Virus record (IMG/VR): IMGVR_UViG_3300026290_000001
DNA from: a virus
Direction: 5' to 3' (one strand)
Length of the DNA: 64,000 bases
Below, in pieces: positions 23,601 to 32,899 of this stretch (position 1 is the stretch's first letter; the number at the start of each line of letters is the position of its first letter). Position numbers and translations under genes: made by a program. The notes below the pieces were generated by a model. That model worked only from the letters and a program-made list of their open reading frames with translations, made no database searches and was not told where the DNA came from.

Positions 23601-26600
23601 GAAGTTAATTTATTATATTGTTCAATTAAAGAATCTAAATCAGAATTAGCAACTTTAGTAGCAAAATCACTTAATGCTTGTTGTTGAGTTTCTATATCTT
23701 CGGGTTGTAAAGCAAGTGATTTAGCAAATTCGGAAACAACTAATTTGGCAGAATCAGACATTTCCTTACCATTAGATTCTAAAGTTTTAATGGTTTCTTG
23801 CGCTTCGTATTCTAAATATTTTTGTTTGTTTTTAGAAAGATTATATATTTCTTCTTGTTGTCTTTGATATATATCTTTCCAATCTTCTAATTTTCTGAGG
23901 TTATACCATTCAGTTCCTTTATTATTATCAATCATTAATTGATATTCTTCTATACGTTTTTCTGCGGTGTCTCTGAGGTTAATTGCTTTTTTAATTTCTT
24001 TATTAGTTTGTTTATCTGATGCTTTAACTTTAAATTCTAATAATTCCTGTTCTTTTTTTAATTCTTCATCTAAAGCCAAAATTCTTAGTTTAATTACTTC
24101 TATAGAATCAGAATAAGCTTCTCCTTCAAGATTAATACCAGTAGCAGATACACCATATTTATCAACAAGTTCTTTTTGAATTTCTAATAATCGTTTCTTT
24201 TCTTCGGTAGTTGCGGTAAGATTTTTCTCTTTATCTTTAAGAGTTTCATATTCAGAAGTTAATTCTTTTAACCCCTCTTTTTGTTGTTTTAAATTTTGTA
24301 TTTGATTTTGACTTGTTTCTATTTGTTTTTGTTGTTCTTCTCTATGTTTTTTAGTAGCATTAGTGAGTCCATAAATAGCAACCATTGCAGTTGTTGCAAC
24401 AACTGCCAATAATCCTAATGGATTTGTTGCCATCGTTGCTTTTAAAAAATTCATTGCAGCAGTAAGTCCTTGTGTTGTTGTCAATAATGCTAAAAGGGAA
24501 ATATTGGCAGCATTAGTAGTAGTAATGAATGCGATCATTGCTTTTATACTAGAAGTAATAGCAGTTCCTTTCCAAATTAAAAAAGCCGTAGTTAAAAGTG
24601 CTACAACAACTTCTGCATTTCCAAGAACTTCAACTAAAGTTGTCATAGCAATTACAAAACCTTTAATTACGTCAGAATTTAATGCTTCTTGCCATTTCCC
24701 CATTACTGTGTTTTTGAATTGTGCAGATTTTGCCTCAATTGATTCCATATACTTTTCGTTTTCAATTAAAGCAGAATTTGTCGAATTTAAGGCAGTAGTT
24801 AGAGAGTCCTGCATATCCTTGTAATTAGTCATCATAGCCATTACTATGTTTCCTTGTCTTTTTCCTGCGACAAGTTCCGACATATTAGCCCTCTGTACGT
24901 CTGTAAGTTTTTCCCAAACTAAGGCTAATTCTAACATAATGTCATAGGTGGATTTAAAGGTATTTTCATCTTTGCGAATTTGAATACCAATATTTTTAAA
25001 TGATTCTTCAAGTTTAGGAAGATATTCTAAAACATCTTCACCATCTTCGGATACACCTCTAAGTCTCATTGAAATTGTTTTGAGGGCTGTTCCTACGGTT
25101 GCTGGGTCTTGTACCACTGCGTTAGCAGCAGTTATCAATGCAACTGCTTCTTCCATTGTATTGCCAGCAGAATATAATGAAGCAGCAGATCTACGCATAG
25201 CTTCACCAATACCTGCACTTGAAATTGCAAAATTATTTCCAACTTCATTATAAATATCTACAATTTTCTGTATATTTCTACCTTCTTCATCTACTGCAAC
25301 ACCAAAACCTTTTACTGCTGAAATAATTGCTAGACTAGCTTCTTCTACTCCAATATCACCTACATTAGAATATAATAATGCTTGTTTTGCTAATTGAGCA
25401 GATTGTTCAAGGGAATAACCCAAACGGGCAAACTCTGTCGTACTATTAATAACTTCCACACTAGTTTTTGCCAAATTTCGACCTATAGCATTTGCCTCAA
25501 GTGAAAATTTATTTAATGTTTCTCTAGTTTCGTCAGTAACTTTATTCAAATTTGTGAGAGCAGTATCTATGTCGATGATACTTTGAATACCATTTTTTAC
25601 TGCTGTTATTGTTTTGATTATTACATCACCGATGAGCAACCAACTAGCGAATTTCTTGCCCGCTTCAAGTAAACTTTGTCCAAAAAGTCCAGTATATTTA
25701 TTAGCATCTTGAATTTCTTTCTTATAAATACTTGTGGTAGTAGAAATTTCTCTAAGTTTAGAATTGGCTTCTGCCATATTCTTACTGAAATTTTTATTAG
25801 TTGGATCAAAACCACGTATTTGAGATTCAAGAGTATTTAAAGCACTTAAATTATCACCAACAATAAACTTTCCATCTACACCTCTCATGCCCCTGATTCT
25901 ATTTAATAAATCTTGTTGAGCAAGAGATTGTTTATGTATTTCACTTGTTAACTTTTGCTGTTGAATAATATCTTTATCAATATTTTTTGCTTTTATTGTA
26001 CCAACATTCCGTAATGTTTGTTCTCTAATTTTTTCAAGTTGAATTAATTTTTCAGCTTCTATTCCTTCTATTTTGGTTTTTTCACCAATGTCAATTTTTC
26101 TTCTAATAATATTATTATATTGACCTTGATGATAGGTTATTTGTTTAGTTAATTCTTTTGCCTGTTCTGTATCTTTATTTCCTAAACTATGATAATCTTG
26201 TCTTAATTTATTTAATTGTGTTAAATGCTGTTTGGCTTCATTAAAATTTTTATTTTGTGTATTTTTAATAGTTTCTAAATTAGTTTTTTCAAGATTATCA
26301 TAATAATCTGCCATTTTAACCAGTTCATCTGGTTTCTTTGTCATATCACCTACAGTTTCTTTAACTCTCTGTGACCAATATTTGGACTGTTCTTTATTTA
26401 ATTTTTCTAACTCTGTACGTTGTTTTTTATAATTAATAGTAGTTTCTGTTACTTTTTTATATACTTCGTCTGTTCCTGCTTTTAAATGTTCAATTTGTTT
26501 TACACTCTCACCATTTGCTTTTGTCCACTCTTTAGTTCTTTCAGTAATTTTTGCTTCAGCATTTTCAATTTGTACATATTTTTCTTTATACTTGTCTAAA

Positions 26601-26731
26601 CCCTTACTATCAACATCAATTTTTATTTTAGGATTAACTCGTTGTTCAATATCTTTTTTTACTTTATTTAGTTCTGATTCTGATGCTCTATCTAATAACG
26701 TTTTTATTCGGATTACAATATCATCTGCCAC
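20687..26731 (-). CDS. tail tape measure protein (2014 aa)
   Basis: Long coiled coils and a TP901-type core (NEVGNNFAISSAGIGEAMRRSAASLYSAG). Central hydrophobic helices. The C-terminus carries a copper-amine-oxidase-N-like motif (IIIGGKRFKPAKNVDGTTYLSIREVAEALGHQVEWD). Confidence 0.95.
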   Translation of the reverse strand: MADDIVIRIKTLLDRASESELNKVKKDIEQRVNPKIKIDVDSKGLDKYKEKYVQIENAEAKITERTKEWTKANGESVKQIEHLKAGTDEVYKKVTETTINYKKQRTELEKLNKEQSKYWSQRVKETVGDMTKKPDELVKMADYYDNLEKTNLETIKNTQNKNFNEAKQHLTQLNKLRQDYHSLGNKDTEQAKELTKQITYHQGQYNNIIRRKIDIGEKTKIEGIEAEKLIQLEKIREQTLRNVGTIKAKNIDKDIIQQQKLTSEIHKQSLAQQDLLNRIRGMRGVDGKFIVGDNLSALNTLESQIRGFDPTNKNFSKNMAEANSKLREISTTTSIYKKEIQDANKYTGLFGQSLLEAGKKFASWLLIGDVIIKTITAVKNGIQSIIDIDTALTNLNKVTDETRETLNKFSLEANAIGRNLAKTSVEVINSTTEFARLGYSLEQSAQLAKQALLYSNVGDIGVEEASLAIISAVKGFGVAVDEEGRNIQKIVDIYNEVGNNFAISSAGIGEAMRRSAASLYSAGNTMEEAVALITAANAVVQDPATVGTALKTISMRLRGVSEDGEDVLEYLPKLEESFKNIGIQIRKDENTFKSTYDIMLELALVWEKLTDVQRANMSELVAGKRQGNIVMAMMTNYKDMQDSLTTALNSTNSALIENEKYMESIEAKSAQFKNTVMGKWQEALNSDVIKGFVIAMTTLVEVLGNAEVVVALLTTAFLIWKGTAITSSIKAMIAFITTTNAANISLLALLTTTQGLTAAMNFLKATMATNPLGLLAVVATTAMVAIYGLTNATKKHREEQQKQIETSQNQIQNLKQQKEGLKELTSEYETLKDKEKNLTATTEEKKRLLEIQKELVDKYGVSATGINLEGEAYSDSIEVIKLRILALDEELKKEQELLEFKVKASDKQTNKEIKKAINLRDTAEKRIEEYQLMIDNNKGTEWYNLRKLEDWKDIYQRQQEEIYNLSKNKQKYLEYEAQETIKTLESNGKEMSDSAKLVVSEFAKSLALQPEDIETQQQALSDFATKVANSDLDSLIEQYNKLTSAINSGDDSKKNRDGLSKTSKEITNLINTLTKGNPDLKEFAINFASLYPSTIDSKNAINTLNQYEKALSDFQTTYKDNVSKIKDLKGFLDELSDKGLTQSSIEKIISDYQDYIPLLEDESKLRQQLVKDTEDYQNAIYDAFIKTKEQDINFYNSVKNNHAELFNHLSKLYGNNVTQWANLAQAREAIELQLISKLGSEWAKYFDAFNAGTLLVNPSSMGDFRRIESGSALAVDSKTNQMLKDYAEFQKATRDMASKFKNLNVSSSLDRYGSSSKSSKSFTKTFEVWKEALEAINREIETFKDQLDDVTSFEQKTEIYDQMILLLQKKQNLLLDINNTFDSSLKQAEQNLRSYIGKGLSESDFNKIMSGSTDTIEVDIKNEKIAKAIEDFKKLKDSAEGLKKEIQGIDDEIRDLSFAEFKINLSIEDIKLSDLTQEKENLRNEMSLLEKGSAEYIALLERENQINIESVNILRNKIALVQQELASDRYNADQKQELINTLKQLKQEYINLQFSIKQQLASIADEIISIYKNIYEKQKQVALDAIDEQMKAEEKRHKQATDNLDDELKQFEDYINARIKALDREENEHDYNRELEKKQKAILETQKNIDVLSLDDSFEAKAKKAELIKQLAEQEDEINEYQHDHSIDLRKENLKDQLDAYKKDIDAKKKAEDTKLNLEKDRLDRIKRETEKHYDDLINDEQKFAQIRSDIINGNIDKVKSAFAEFKTFVNGNLEFIGNSISANLITKMEQALALLESANSANMSIPSLESTNPSSNTSGRQPMAVLDSGSFELVNNRAIMQSRLLASLLGASADWEGYGQNQTIIIGGKRFKPAKNVDGTTYLSIREVAEALGHQVEWDEKKRQIRIYHEGGIVGDKSFGFVDKFNKFFNTSANEHIIKALTNEILIPPKNIERYLIPNMQKLIANATPQLQFAGGGNVTYNMNVHIDKVENTEKGVDGFFKRINNGMSKLGK

Positions 26732-26767
26732 ATATATCCACTCCTTTCTTTACAAATTTAAAAATAG

Positions 26768-26804
26768 GCAACAAAAAAGAAGTGGATATAATAATCTCAC
26801 TTCT
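26768..26804 (-). terminator. intrinsic terminator upstream of the tape measure gene
   Basis: Minus strand reads AGAAGTGAGATTATTATATCCACTTCTTTTTTGT: a 7-bp stem followed by a U-run. Confidence 0.55.
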
Positions 26805-26845
26805 AAAAATTCAAACTATTAAAATTATTAAATTTTAAATTATAT

Positions 26846-27082
26846 CTAAGTAATCATTCCATGAAACAATCCACCAACCTTAACTTTTCTACCATCTTTC
26901 AATTTAATATACACAATCTTACAGCACATTCTATATCGCAACATACTCTGAGCATATGATCTAGGTGGAGGTGGAGCTAGATATGATTCTTTCCAATGCT
27001 TGTATTCATATTCAATAATTTCATCTTTGTATTTTTCAACTAATTGATTTAATGCTTGTTTATTAGTTTTGTCTGTAGGCAT
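26846..27082 (-). CDS. hypothetical protein
   Basis: Start placed at the ATG at 27080-27082, preceded by AAGGAAGTGATTATT. Translates MPTDKTNKQALNQL.. with a PPPPR stretch. No family recognised. Confidence 0.4.
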   Translation of the reverse strand: MPTDKTNKQALNQLVEKYKDEIIEYEYKHWKESYLAPPPPRSYAQSMLRYRMCCKIVYIKLKDGRKVKVGGLFHGMIT

Positions 27083-27163
27083 AATAATCACTTCCTTTTG
27101 ATTGTATGATTATATTATATGCGAAAAGGGGAGTGAAAATTAAGATAAAATGAAGTTTCTATC

Positions 27164-28201
27164 TTACAAATCACTTAAAGATTTATTTTCTACTTGTTTA
27201 ATCCCATCTTCATCAAAATACTTACCTAATTCCTCATCTATCTCAGTGTCATTATATAATGACACCATATTCGTACTCTCCCAGCCAACTACATCTTTAA
27301 TTACATCTGCTGGAATATTTGCTTGGCAAAGTGCGGTTGTAAAATAATGTCTATTTGAATGCCAATACCAATCTATACCTAAAATATTAGAAAAAGTTAT
27401 TGCCCAAGAATTTAATAAAGATATAGTGCCTGGTTTCCATACACTATTTCTTTTATTCCAAAATAACTCTTCCCCTTCAATGCCTAATTCTTCACGTTGC
27501 TTCATCCATAAATCAAAATAAGGTTTAAATTTAGAAACCAAGATATACCTATAAATCATTTTACCCTTAGAACTTCTACCCTTTGTTTTTATCTTTTCAG
27601 GAGTTTTATATAAAGCACCGTATTTAATATTTTCTTCTGTAAAATGACTTACTTTAAACCTTAATAATTCTGCCTTTCTTGATCCACTACTTACTGCCAA
27701 TGCAACTGCACATGCTTGTTGATATTTGCCTTTTTCAACTAAATAATTAAGCAATTCGTCAACTTGTTCATCTGCAAGGACAGTTTTATCCCTAACATTT
27801 ACTTTTACTGGTGCAGGGATTTTATTAACTATATTGCGAAAATTAGGGTGAATGTCATCTAGCATTGCCTCTATATAATTAGACATACTACTAATTGCTG
27901 ACTTCAATCTTCTTACTCTATTAGGACTAAGATTTTGTGTATTCACAAGCCAATTCTGATATTTTAAAATATCACGTTTAGTAAAATCTATAAAAAATTT
28001 ATTATCATTATATTGTAAATTCCATACCCAACAAATTTCAATATCATTTTCATAACCTTTTATAGTGGCATGAGACATATCTTTCCCTCTGCAATAATCT
28101 AAAAATTCATTAAGTAAATCTTTATTTTCTTTTGAAACTCGTTTCCACAATTCAGGAGTTACAATTGTATGTTGTTCGGTTTTCCTTGCGATTATAATCA
28201 C
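27164..28201 (-). CDS. tyrosine recombinase embedded in the tail module
   Basis: Catalytic segments SSGSRKAELL, WHSNRHYFTT and GWESTNMVSLY, plus a core-binding-like N-terminus (ATIKGYENDIEICWVW). The start is non-canonical: the GTG lies inside the SD-like AAGGAAGTG, and ATC occupies the position where the sibling leader has ATG. Confidence 0.8.
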   Translation of the reverse strand: MIIIARKTEQHTIVTPELWKRVSKENKDLLNEFLDYCRGKDMSHATIKGYENDIEICWVWNLQYNDNKFFIDFTKRDILKYQNWLVNTQNLSPNRVRRLKSAISSMSNYIEAMLDDIHPNFRNIVNKIPAPVKVNVRDKTVLADEQVDELLNYLVEKGKYQQACAVALAVSSGSRKAELLRFKVSHFTEENIKYGALYKTPEKIKTKGRSSKGKMIYRYILVSKFKPYFDLWMKQREELGIEGEELFWNKRNSVWKPGTISLLNSWAITFSNILGIDWYWHSNRHYFTTALCQANIPADVIKDVVGWESTNMVSLYNDTEIDEELGKYFDEDGIKQVENKSLSDL

Positions 28202-28263
28202 TTCCTTATGTTCTATATAATAAAATAGGGCAAGGGATAGATAAAAACATCTACCACTTACCC

Positions 28264-28776
28264 TTACACAACATCTATACCTCTAGTTTTTAAAGCACTT
28301 TTCATCGTTTGAACATGTAACCCTTTACTTCCAATTTCTTCTCGTGTATTCTTAATAAATGGTCTTGGTTTGCTCCAAGGATCATTCCCATATCCAAATT
28401 CTATATTATGTGCCAAACTTTCACCTAAATCAACACCACCATATCCACCATGATTGTATGCAAATGAATGATTAAAATCGGCATTATCAACAACTTCAAG
28501 TACTCCATCTTCAATTAAATGAGAATTCATTTGTCCTGTATCCCCAAGACCGAGTGAACCTTCAATAAAACCTCTACGTTTATACATAACTGGATTAGGA
28601 TATTTATCATAAACATCTGTTTTTACATGATCTGAAATTTTATCTTTAACCATTTCAGACATTTCTTTTTGAAGTGAAGAATTAACTTGTTGTGTAATAT
28701 ACTGCTCAAGTTGTTTTAAACTACTAAAGCTTTTACCCAATTTCCTCACCTTCACTTTGATTGCCATTTGCAACAT
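28264..28776 (-). CDS. HK97 gp10-like tail-component protein (tentative)
   Basis: MAIKVKVRKLGKSFSSLKQLEQ.. N-terminus and a later KPRPFIKNT resemble the gp10 family. The true start may be the ATG at 28765-28767. Confidence 0.4.
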   Translation of the reverse strand: MLQMAIKVKVRKLGKSFSSLKQLEQYITQQVNSSLQKEMSEMVKDKISDHVKTDVYDKYPNPVMYKRRGFIEGSLGLGDTGQMNSHLIEDGVLEVVDNADFNHSFAYNHGGYGGVDLGESLAHNIEFGYGNDPWSKPRPFIKNTREEIGSKGLHVQTMKSALKTRGIDVV

Positions 28777-29296
28777 TCCACATATCCTTCAACATAGGTA
28801 ATTTATCCCAATCTAATTTATTTATATCTTTTACTAAACTTTTACTGAGACTTTTTATTTGCTTATCTGTGGGGAGTTTTTCAACCACTTTATCTAATTT
28901 ACTTGCCAATATTCCCTCAATACTATTATTTAACTTTATAATCTGAGTAAGTTCACAATCCACCAAATCCAATATAAATTCAACTTCAGTTATTGGTATT
29001 TGATTTAAAATCCTTTCTATCCCCACATTCTCACAAAGATAATCATAATCTTCAATAAGATTTTCTGAGAACTCGATATTAGTGTAATTCACCAATAATG
29101 AAACATCACTGGTTAATTTTTTATAAAAGTAATCTATTTTGCTTAAACCATTAATTTCATCTAAGACAATACAACTATCTATAATTTTATTTACTATTAA
29201 ATTTTTTTCTATAATGGATAAATACTGTTTAACTTCAAGCAGATCATCTACGAATTTACCTGCTTCAATTTGTTCTTTTATTTCTTGAACTAACAT
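28733..29296 (-). CDS. acidic hypothetical protein
   Basis: Start placed at the ATG at 29294-29296 after GGAGG (MLVQEIKEQIEAGKF..). Acidic and helical. A chaperone-like role is possible but unsupported. Confidence 0.35.
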   Translation of the reverse strand: MLVQEIKEQIEAGKFVDDLLEVKQYLSIIEKNLIVNKIIDSCIVLDEINGLSKIDYFYKKLTSDVSLLVNYTNIEFSENLIEDYDYLCENVGIERILNQIPITEVEFILDLVDCELTQIIKLNNSIEGILASKLDKVVEKLPTDKQIKSLSKSLVKDINKLDWDKLPMLKDMWNVANGNQSEGEEIG

Positions 29297-29321
29297 ATTA
29301 AATACCTCCAATATATTTATT

Positions 29322-29768
29322 TTAATAATATATAAAAATCTCTGTGCGAGGCCACTCTTTGTCATAGCCACATTTCAAAGTTAAACTTGTTAAATGTAAA
29401 GAATCATCATCAATTATTAATCCTGATTCAGCAATACCGTCTAAAATAAATTTAGGGACAGTATTGTCACAATCTTTACGGATTTTGGTTTTGAAGTAAC
29501 TAACAAATGTCATTTCACACTGTTCTATTTTTTTATTTGTAAGTTTGTTTTCTTCTACAAACCAGATTATGAAATCTTTCCATTTTTGTTTTAAATCATT
29601 CATTTGAGGACGTTTCATTATCATCCATTTATTGATAGATGGATGAGTAGGTTTATCAATAGGAATTTTTTTACGTTTTGGATATTTAGCAAAATAATAT
29701 TTATTGTATTTTTCTAAAACATTATTATCTATAATTAGTTTTATTTCTGAAATAATAAATTCCTCCAA
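29322..29768 (-). CDS. RusA-like Holliday-junction resolvase (tentative)
   Basis: KPTHPSINKWM parallels the RusA PPSxNxYY segment. RKDCDNTVPKFILDGIAESGLIIDDDSL parallels [27 protein letters not shown] of E. coli RusA. Confidence 0.5.
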   Translation of the reverse strand: MEEFIISEIKLIIDNNVLEKYNKYYFAKYPKRKKIPIDKPTHPSINKWMIMKRPQMNDLKQKWKDFIIWFVEENKLTNKKIEQCEMTFVSYFKTKIRKDCDNTVPKFILDGIAESGLIIDDDSLHLTSLTLKCGYDKEWPRTEIFIYY

Positions 29769-29830
29769 ACAAAAAGAGAGATTATTTATAATTTCTAACC
29801 CCTCTTTATATATTAATTTATATTGTTGTT

Positions 29831-30793
29831 TTAAAACACCACATAACTCACACCACTACCAACAATTGCATCTTCACTACCACCAGCAAACGGTACTGGT
29901 TCACTTAAAATATCTAATGGGAAACCTGCTTGATAAGTACCAACCACAAATAATGCTGCTAATTCAGGGGTATTATTAATTATACTTTCTACATTACCTG
30001 GCATTATCTGGTCTGGATCGCCATCAACATTAGTAGGAGAAGTAATTGTTAATAAATTATTAGCAAAACCAACAGTCCCTTGTTGACTTATTCCCGTACC
30101 AGCAACTAATATCACCGAATAATCATTTCCACTTACACCTGCTGTTTTACAATTAATTACCATAGAACCACCTGTTGAACCTGTTACAGTTACACTTGCT
30201 GGAATGGCAAGTTGAGTATCAGCAAATCCTATAGTATCACCAATGGAAGATGTTATTGTTCTTATATATTCAGTGTTATCTACACTGAATTTTATTGTTT
30301 TTGTGTTAAGCGAATCTAATTCAAAATTTTTAGTTGAATCTATTAATGTTGAAGTTGTTCCTATAGAAGTAGATGTACCATGAAGAAGTGCAGTTTGAAT
30401 GGGAGTAGTTATGGTTGCGTTTAGATTAGTAGGGATATTGGTTATTAAACTTGCTCCTACATCAACTACACGACCTGTAATTTTTAATGTTCCTCCACTA
30501 ACGGCAGATACTCGACATCTTACTCCTGCAAAATGTGCTAAATCTATGACGAAAACCTGATTGGCATTACCTGTGACAGATGTAGCAATTGTTAATTCTG
30601 GTAATTTAACAGCAGGAATAGGAAACCAATTAGGTGTAGATGAACCATCACAACCTTCAAAATGTACAGTATAATTAGCCGAACTAATAATATAAACCGC
30701 CATTTGATTGTTTCTACCTGTTTTAAAAGTTACTCCATTACCTGTAGTTGTTACATTATCTTGGAAAATCCAAGAGTTTGTTTGTACGTTCAT
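29831..30793 (-). CDS. structural protein, unknown role
   Basis: 320 aa, Thr/Gly/Val-rich and beta-type in composition. Preceded by a strong RBS (AAAGGAGGC) and the 150-nt CA-rich leader. Confidence 0.45.
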   Translation of the reverse strand: MNVQTNSWIFQDNVTTTGNGVTFKTGRNNQMAVYIISSANYTVHFEGCDGSSTPNWFPIPAVKLPELTIATSVTGNANQVFVIDLAHFAGVRCRVSAVSGGTLKITGRVVDVGASLITNIPTNLNATITTPIQTALLHGTSTSIGTTSTLIDSTKNFELDSLNTKTIKFSVDNTEYIRTITSSIGDTIGFADTQLAIPASVTVTGSTGGSMVINCKTAGVSGNDYSVILVAGTGISQQGTVGFANNLLTITSPTNVDGDPDQIMPGNVESIINNTPELAALFVVGTYQAGFPLDILSEPVPFAGGSEDAIVGSGVSYVVF

Positions 30794-30806
30794 TTTATTT
30801 GCCTCC

Positions 30807-30956
30807 TTTTGATTTATGGATTTATGTTGTTTTGAGTGGTTGGTTGATTGATTGGTTAGTTAGTTGGTTGATTTGATTGGTTGAATGATAGTTGATTTGA
30901 TTTGATTTGATTGTTATTTGAGTGATAGTTGAAAGGTTAATAAAATAGGGTAGATA
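30807..30956 (-). other. 150-nt leader with no G on the transcribed (minus) strand
   Basis: By direct reading, no C on the plus strand from 30807 to 30956. The minus-strand RNA is CAA/CCAA/AUCAA-rich and includes a tandem AAATC run. Confidence 0.6.
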
Positions 30957-30976
30957 CTGTAGGAATGTATCTACCC
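30939..30976 (-). terminator. intrinsic terminator after gene 30983-31273
   Basis: Perfect 9-bp stem GGGTAGATA/TATCTACCC (30948-30976) followed on the minus strand by UAUUUUAUU. Confidence 0.6.
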
Positions 30977-30982
30977 ATGTGA

Positions 30983-31273
30983 TTATTTTTGTGGAATAAT
31001 TTTGTCAAATGTTTTCATTGTTTCTTTTATTGTTTCTTTTACCATTTCCTTTTCTTCTGAAAAATCTACATCAACCCAATCGCAATTTTGGGGAGAAAAA
31101 AGCATTTGAATATACCAGATATCCGAGTCTTTAACATGTTCCATATAATTACCATCTGTAAAATAAAAACCTTTTTTATCTTTACCTATGGTGTAGATTC
31201 TATCCATATAAAGACCAGGGGGTGGGGCGGCAGGACAAGTATAAGTTAATTTAACTTCATTGTATTTCATCAT
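30983..31273 (-). CDS. hypothetical protein
   Basis: 96-aa ORF downstream of the putative major tail gene. No motif recognised. Confidence 0.4.
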   Translation of the reverse strand: MMKYNEVKLTYTCPAAPPPGLYMDRIYTIGKDKKGFYFTDGNYMEHVKDSDIWYIQMLFSPQNCDWVDVDFSEEKEMVKETIKETMKTFDKIIPQK

Positions 31274-31339
31274 TTCGGAATCACCTCTTTTAAATTATAG
31301 GAGATTATGTAAAGACATAACCTCCTATAAAAACTATAA

Positions 31340-32095
31340 TTAAACTTCTACATAATGCATCATATCACCAGTTGAATCAGCGAGAATATCCCATTCAATC
31401 GATAATCTTGCTACGTTATCTGCGTCCATAGTAAGAGATACATTAGATTTTGGCTTAACATTTAATAATTGATACTGTACAAATGTATCAACCTGATTTG
31501 TTCCACGAACAGCACTATCAGCATAAATAGTATAACCACCAGGGAAACTTACATTATCAACGGTAAATGTATTATGAGTTCCTTCTAACATATAATAACA
31601 TACTACTTTTCCTGCGGTTGAAAATGTAGTCGGATTAAAAGTTAAGGCTTTATCTGTTATAGAATACTTATCTTCAGCACTTGCTGGAGTTCCTGCTGTT
31701 TGTTCAGCGTCATGGGTAATACCATCACTATTTAATTTAAAAATAACTAGACTACCAGCTTTGGGAAGTTCAGTTAATGATGCACCTCCACCACCGGCTT
31801 GAACATTTAAAACTTCACGTTTTGCTACAGGCATAGTTTTATTAGACATAGTTGTTCCGAAGAGCAAAGATAACCATTTAAGTTCAAAAACTTCCATCTC
31901 TGTCTTAAATGTACCCTCTCTCTGTTTATCCCATCTAATAGCTTTTGTAGTCTTATTGTAAGCATAAACGGAATCAGCAGTAAAATCTATTGAACTTGTT
32001 TTGGCGTAATCAGCATAAAGAACTGGTTTTAATCCACCACCAGCAACTTGTTCATATACATGAAGATTGGCCGCATCTTTAATACCATATAGCAT
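31340..32095 (-). CDS. major tail protein (tentative)
   Basis: 251 aa with beta-rich composition. Followed by a 14-bp stabilising hairpin (about 31295-31330) and positioned between the neck genes and the tape measure region. Confidence 0.5.
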   Translation of the reverse strand: MLYGIKDAANLHVYEQVAGGGLKPVLYADYAKTSSIDFTADSVYAYNKTTKAIRWDKQREGTFKTEMEVFELKWLSLLFGTTMSNKTMPVAKREVLNVQAGGGGASLTELPKAGSLVIFKLNSDGITHDAEQTAGTPASAEDKYSITDKALTFNPTTFSTAGKVVCYYMLEGTHNTFTVDNVSFPGGYTIYADSAVRGTNQVDTFVQYQLLNVKPKSNVSLTMDADNVARLSIEWDILADSTGDMMHYVEV

Positions 32096-32165
32096 ATTAT
32101 AAATTCCTCCTTTAATTATTTTTGTTTAATAAAAAGAGTAGATAATAGAAATCCAATCCTTACAT

Positions 32166-32885
32166 CTATTCTTTATATTGATAATTTAACTTTAATAAAT
32201 CAGTCCAATGTTTATTTTCAATTAATGATTTTTCACCACTAACTAAATAGATTCTAAAATGATCATTATAAGTACTAATTCCCATTATCGAACTATAGCA
32301 ATTTATTATTCTCCAAATAGTCCACTTTTTTATTTCTTCAATCGGAATATAACTTCTCCCACCAAACTCACAATAGTTTATTATATCTTCTAATTTAACC
32401 TCATTATTTTTAGCATTTCTACGTCTACCTTCTTGAAGTTTTTCCCATATATCTCTTTGTCTATCATTTTTAAATACAGGTTTTTTCTCTTTTACTGGTC
32501 TTTCCCTACCACATATTTTTAATATAATCTCGGCAAATTCATCAAAATTATTTTTATTCAATCTACCTTTAAACCCATCAAAAAAAATACCTTGTTCATC
32601 AACATCGAATTTATTCTTACAGAAAAACTCTAAAGATAAAAATAAGAAACTTACAACATCCTGTGAACTACACAATAAATCAAAAGTGTTTAATCCTTCT
32701 TTTTCTTCCTCTGTTATCTCATCATCAAATAAACTATCAACTGTTATATAATAGGGAAGTAGTAACTTCTCAAATTCTTCAAGACGATAATCTAATATTT
32801 CTTCAAAACTTGGTTGATAAATCATACAAATATCATAAAAAGGAATTGGTTTCTGTAATTTAAGATAAAGATTTAAATTTTCCAT
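32166..32885 (-). CDS. hypothetical protein
   Basis: 239-aa ORF in the neck/tail array. No motif recognised. Confidence 0.4.
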   Translation of the reverse strand: MENLNLYLKLQKPIPFYDICMIYQPSFEEILDYRLEEFEKLLLPYYITVDSLFDDEITEEEKEGLNTFDLLCSSQDVVSFLFLSLEFFCKNKFDVDEQGIFFDGFKGRLNKNNFDEFAEIILKICGRERPVKEKKPVFKNDRQRDIWEKLQEGRRRNAKNNEVKLEDIINYCEFGGRSYIPIEEIKKWTIWRIINCYSSIMGISTYNDHFRIYLVSGEKSLIENKHWTDLLKLNYQYKE

Positions 32886-32899
32886 ATTCTCACTTACTT

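Noticed and set aside
28733-28776. The 44-nt overlap between ORFs 28733-29296 and 28264-28776, considered as a gpG/gpGT-type programmed -1 frameshift of tail-assembly chaperones.
   Set aside because: The downstream frame is +1, not -1, relative to the upstream frame. No XXXYYYZ slippery heptamer is visible in the overlap, and the downstream ORF has its own gp10-like N-terminus (MAIKVKV..).
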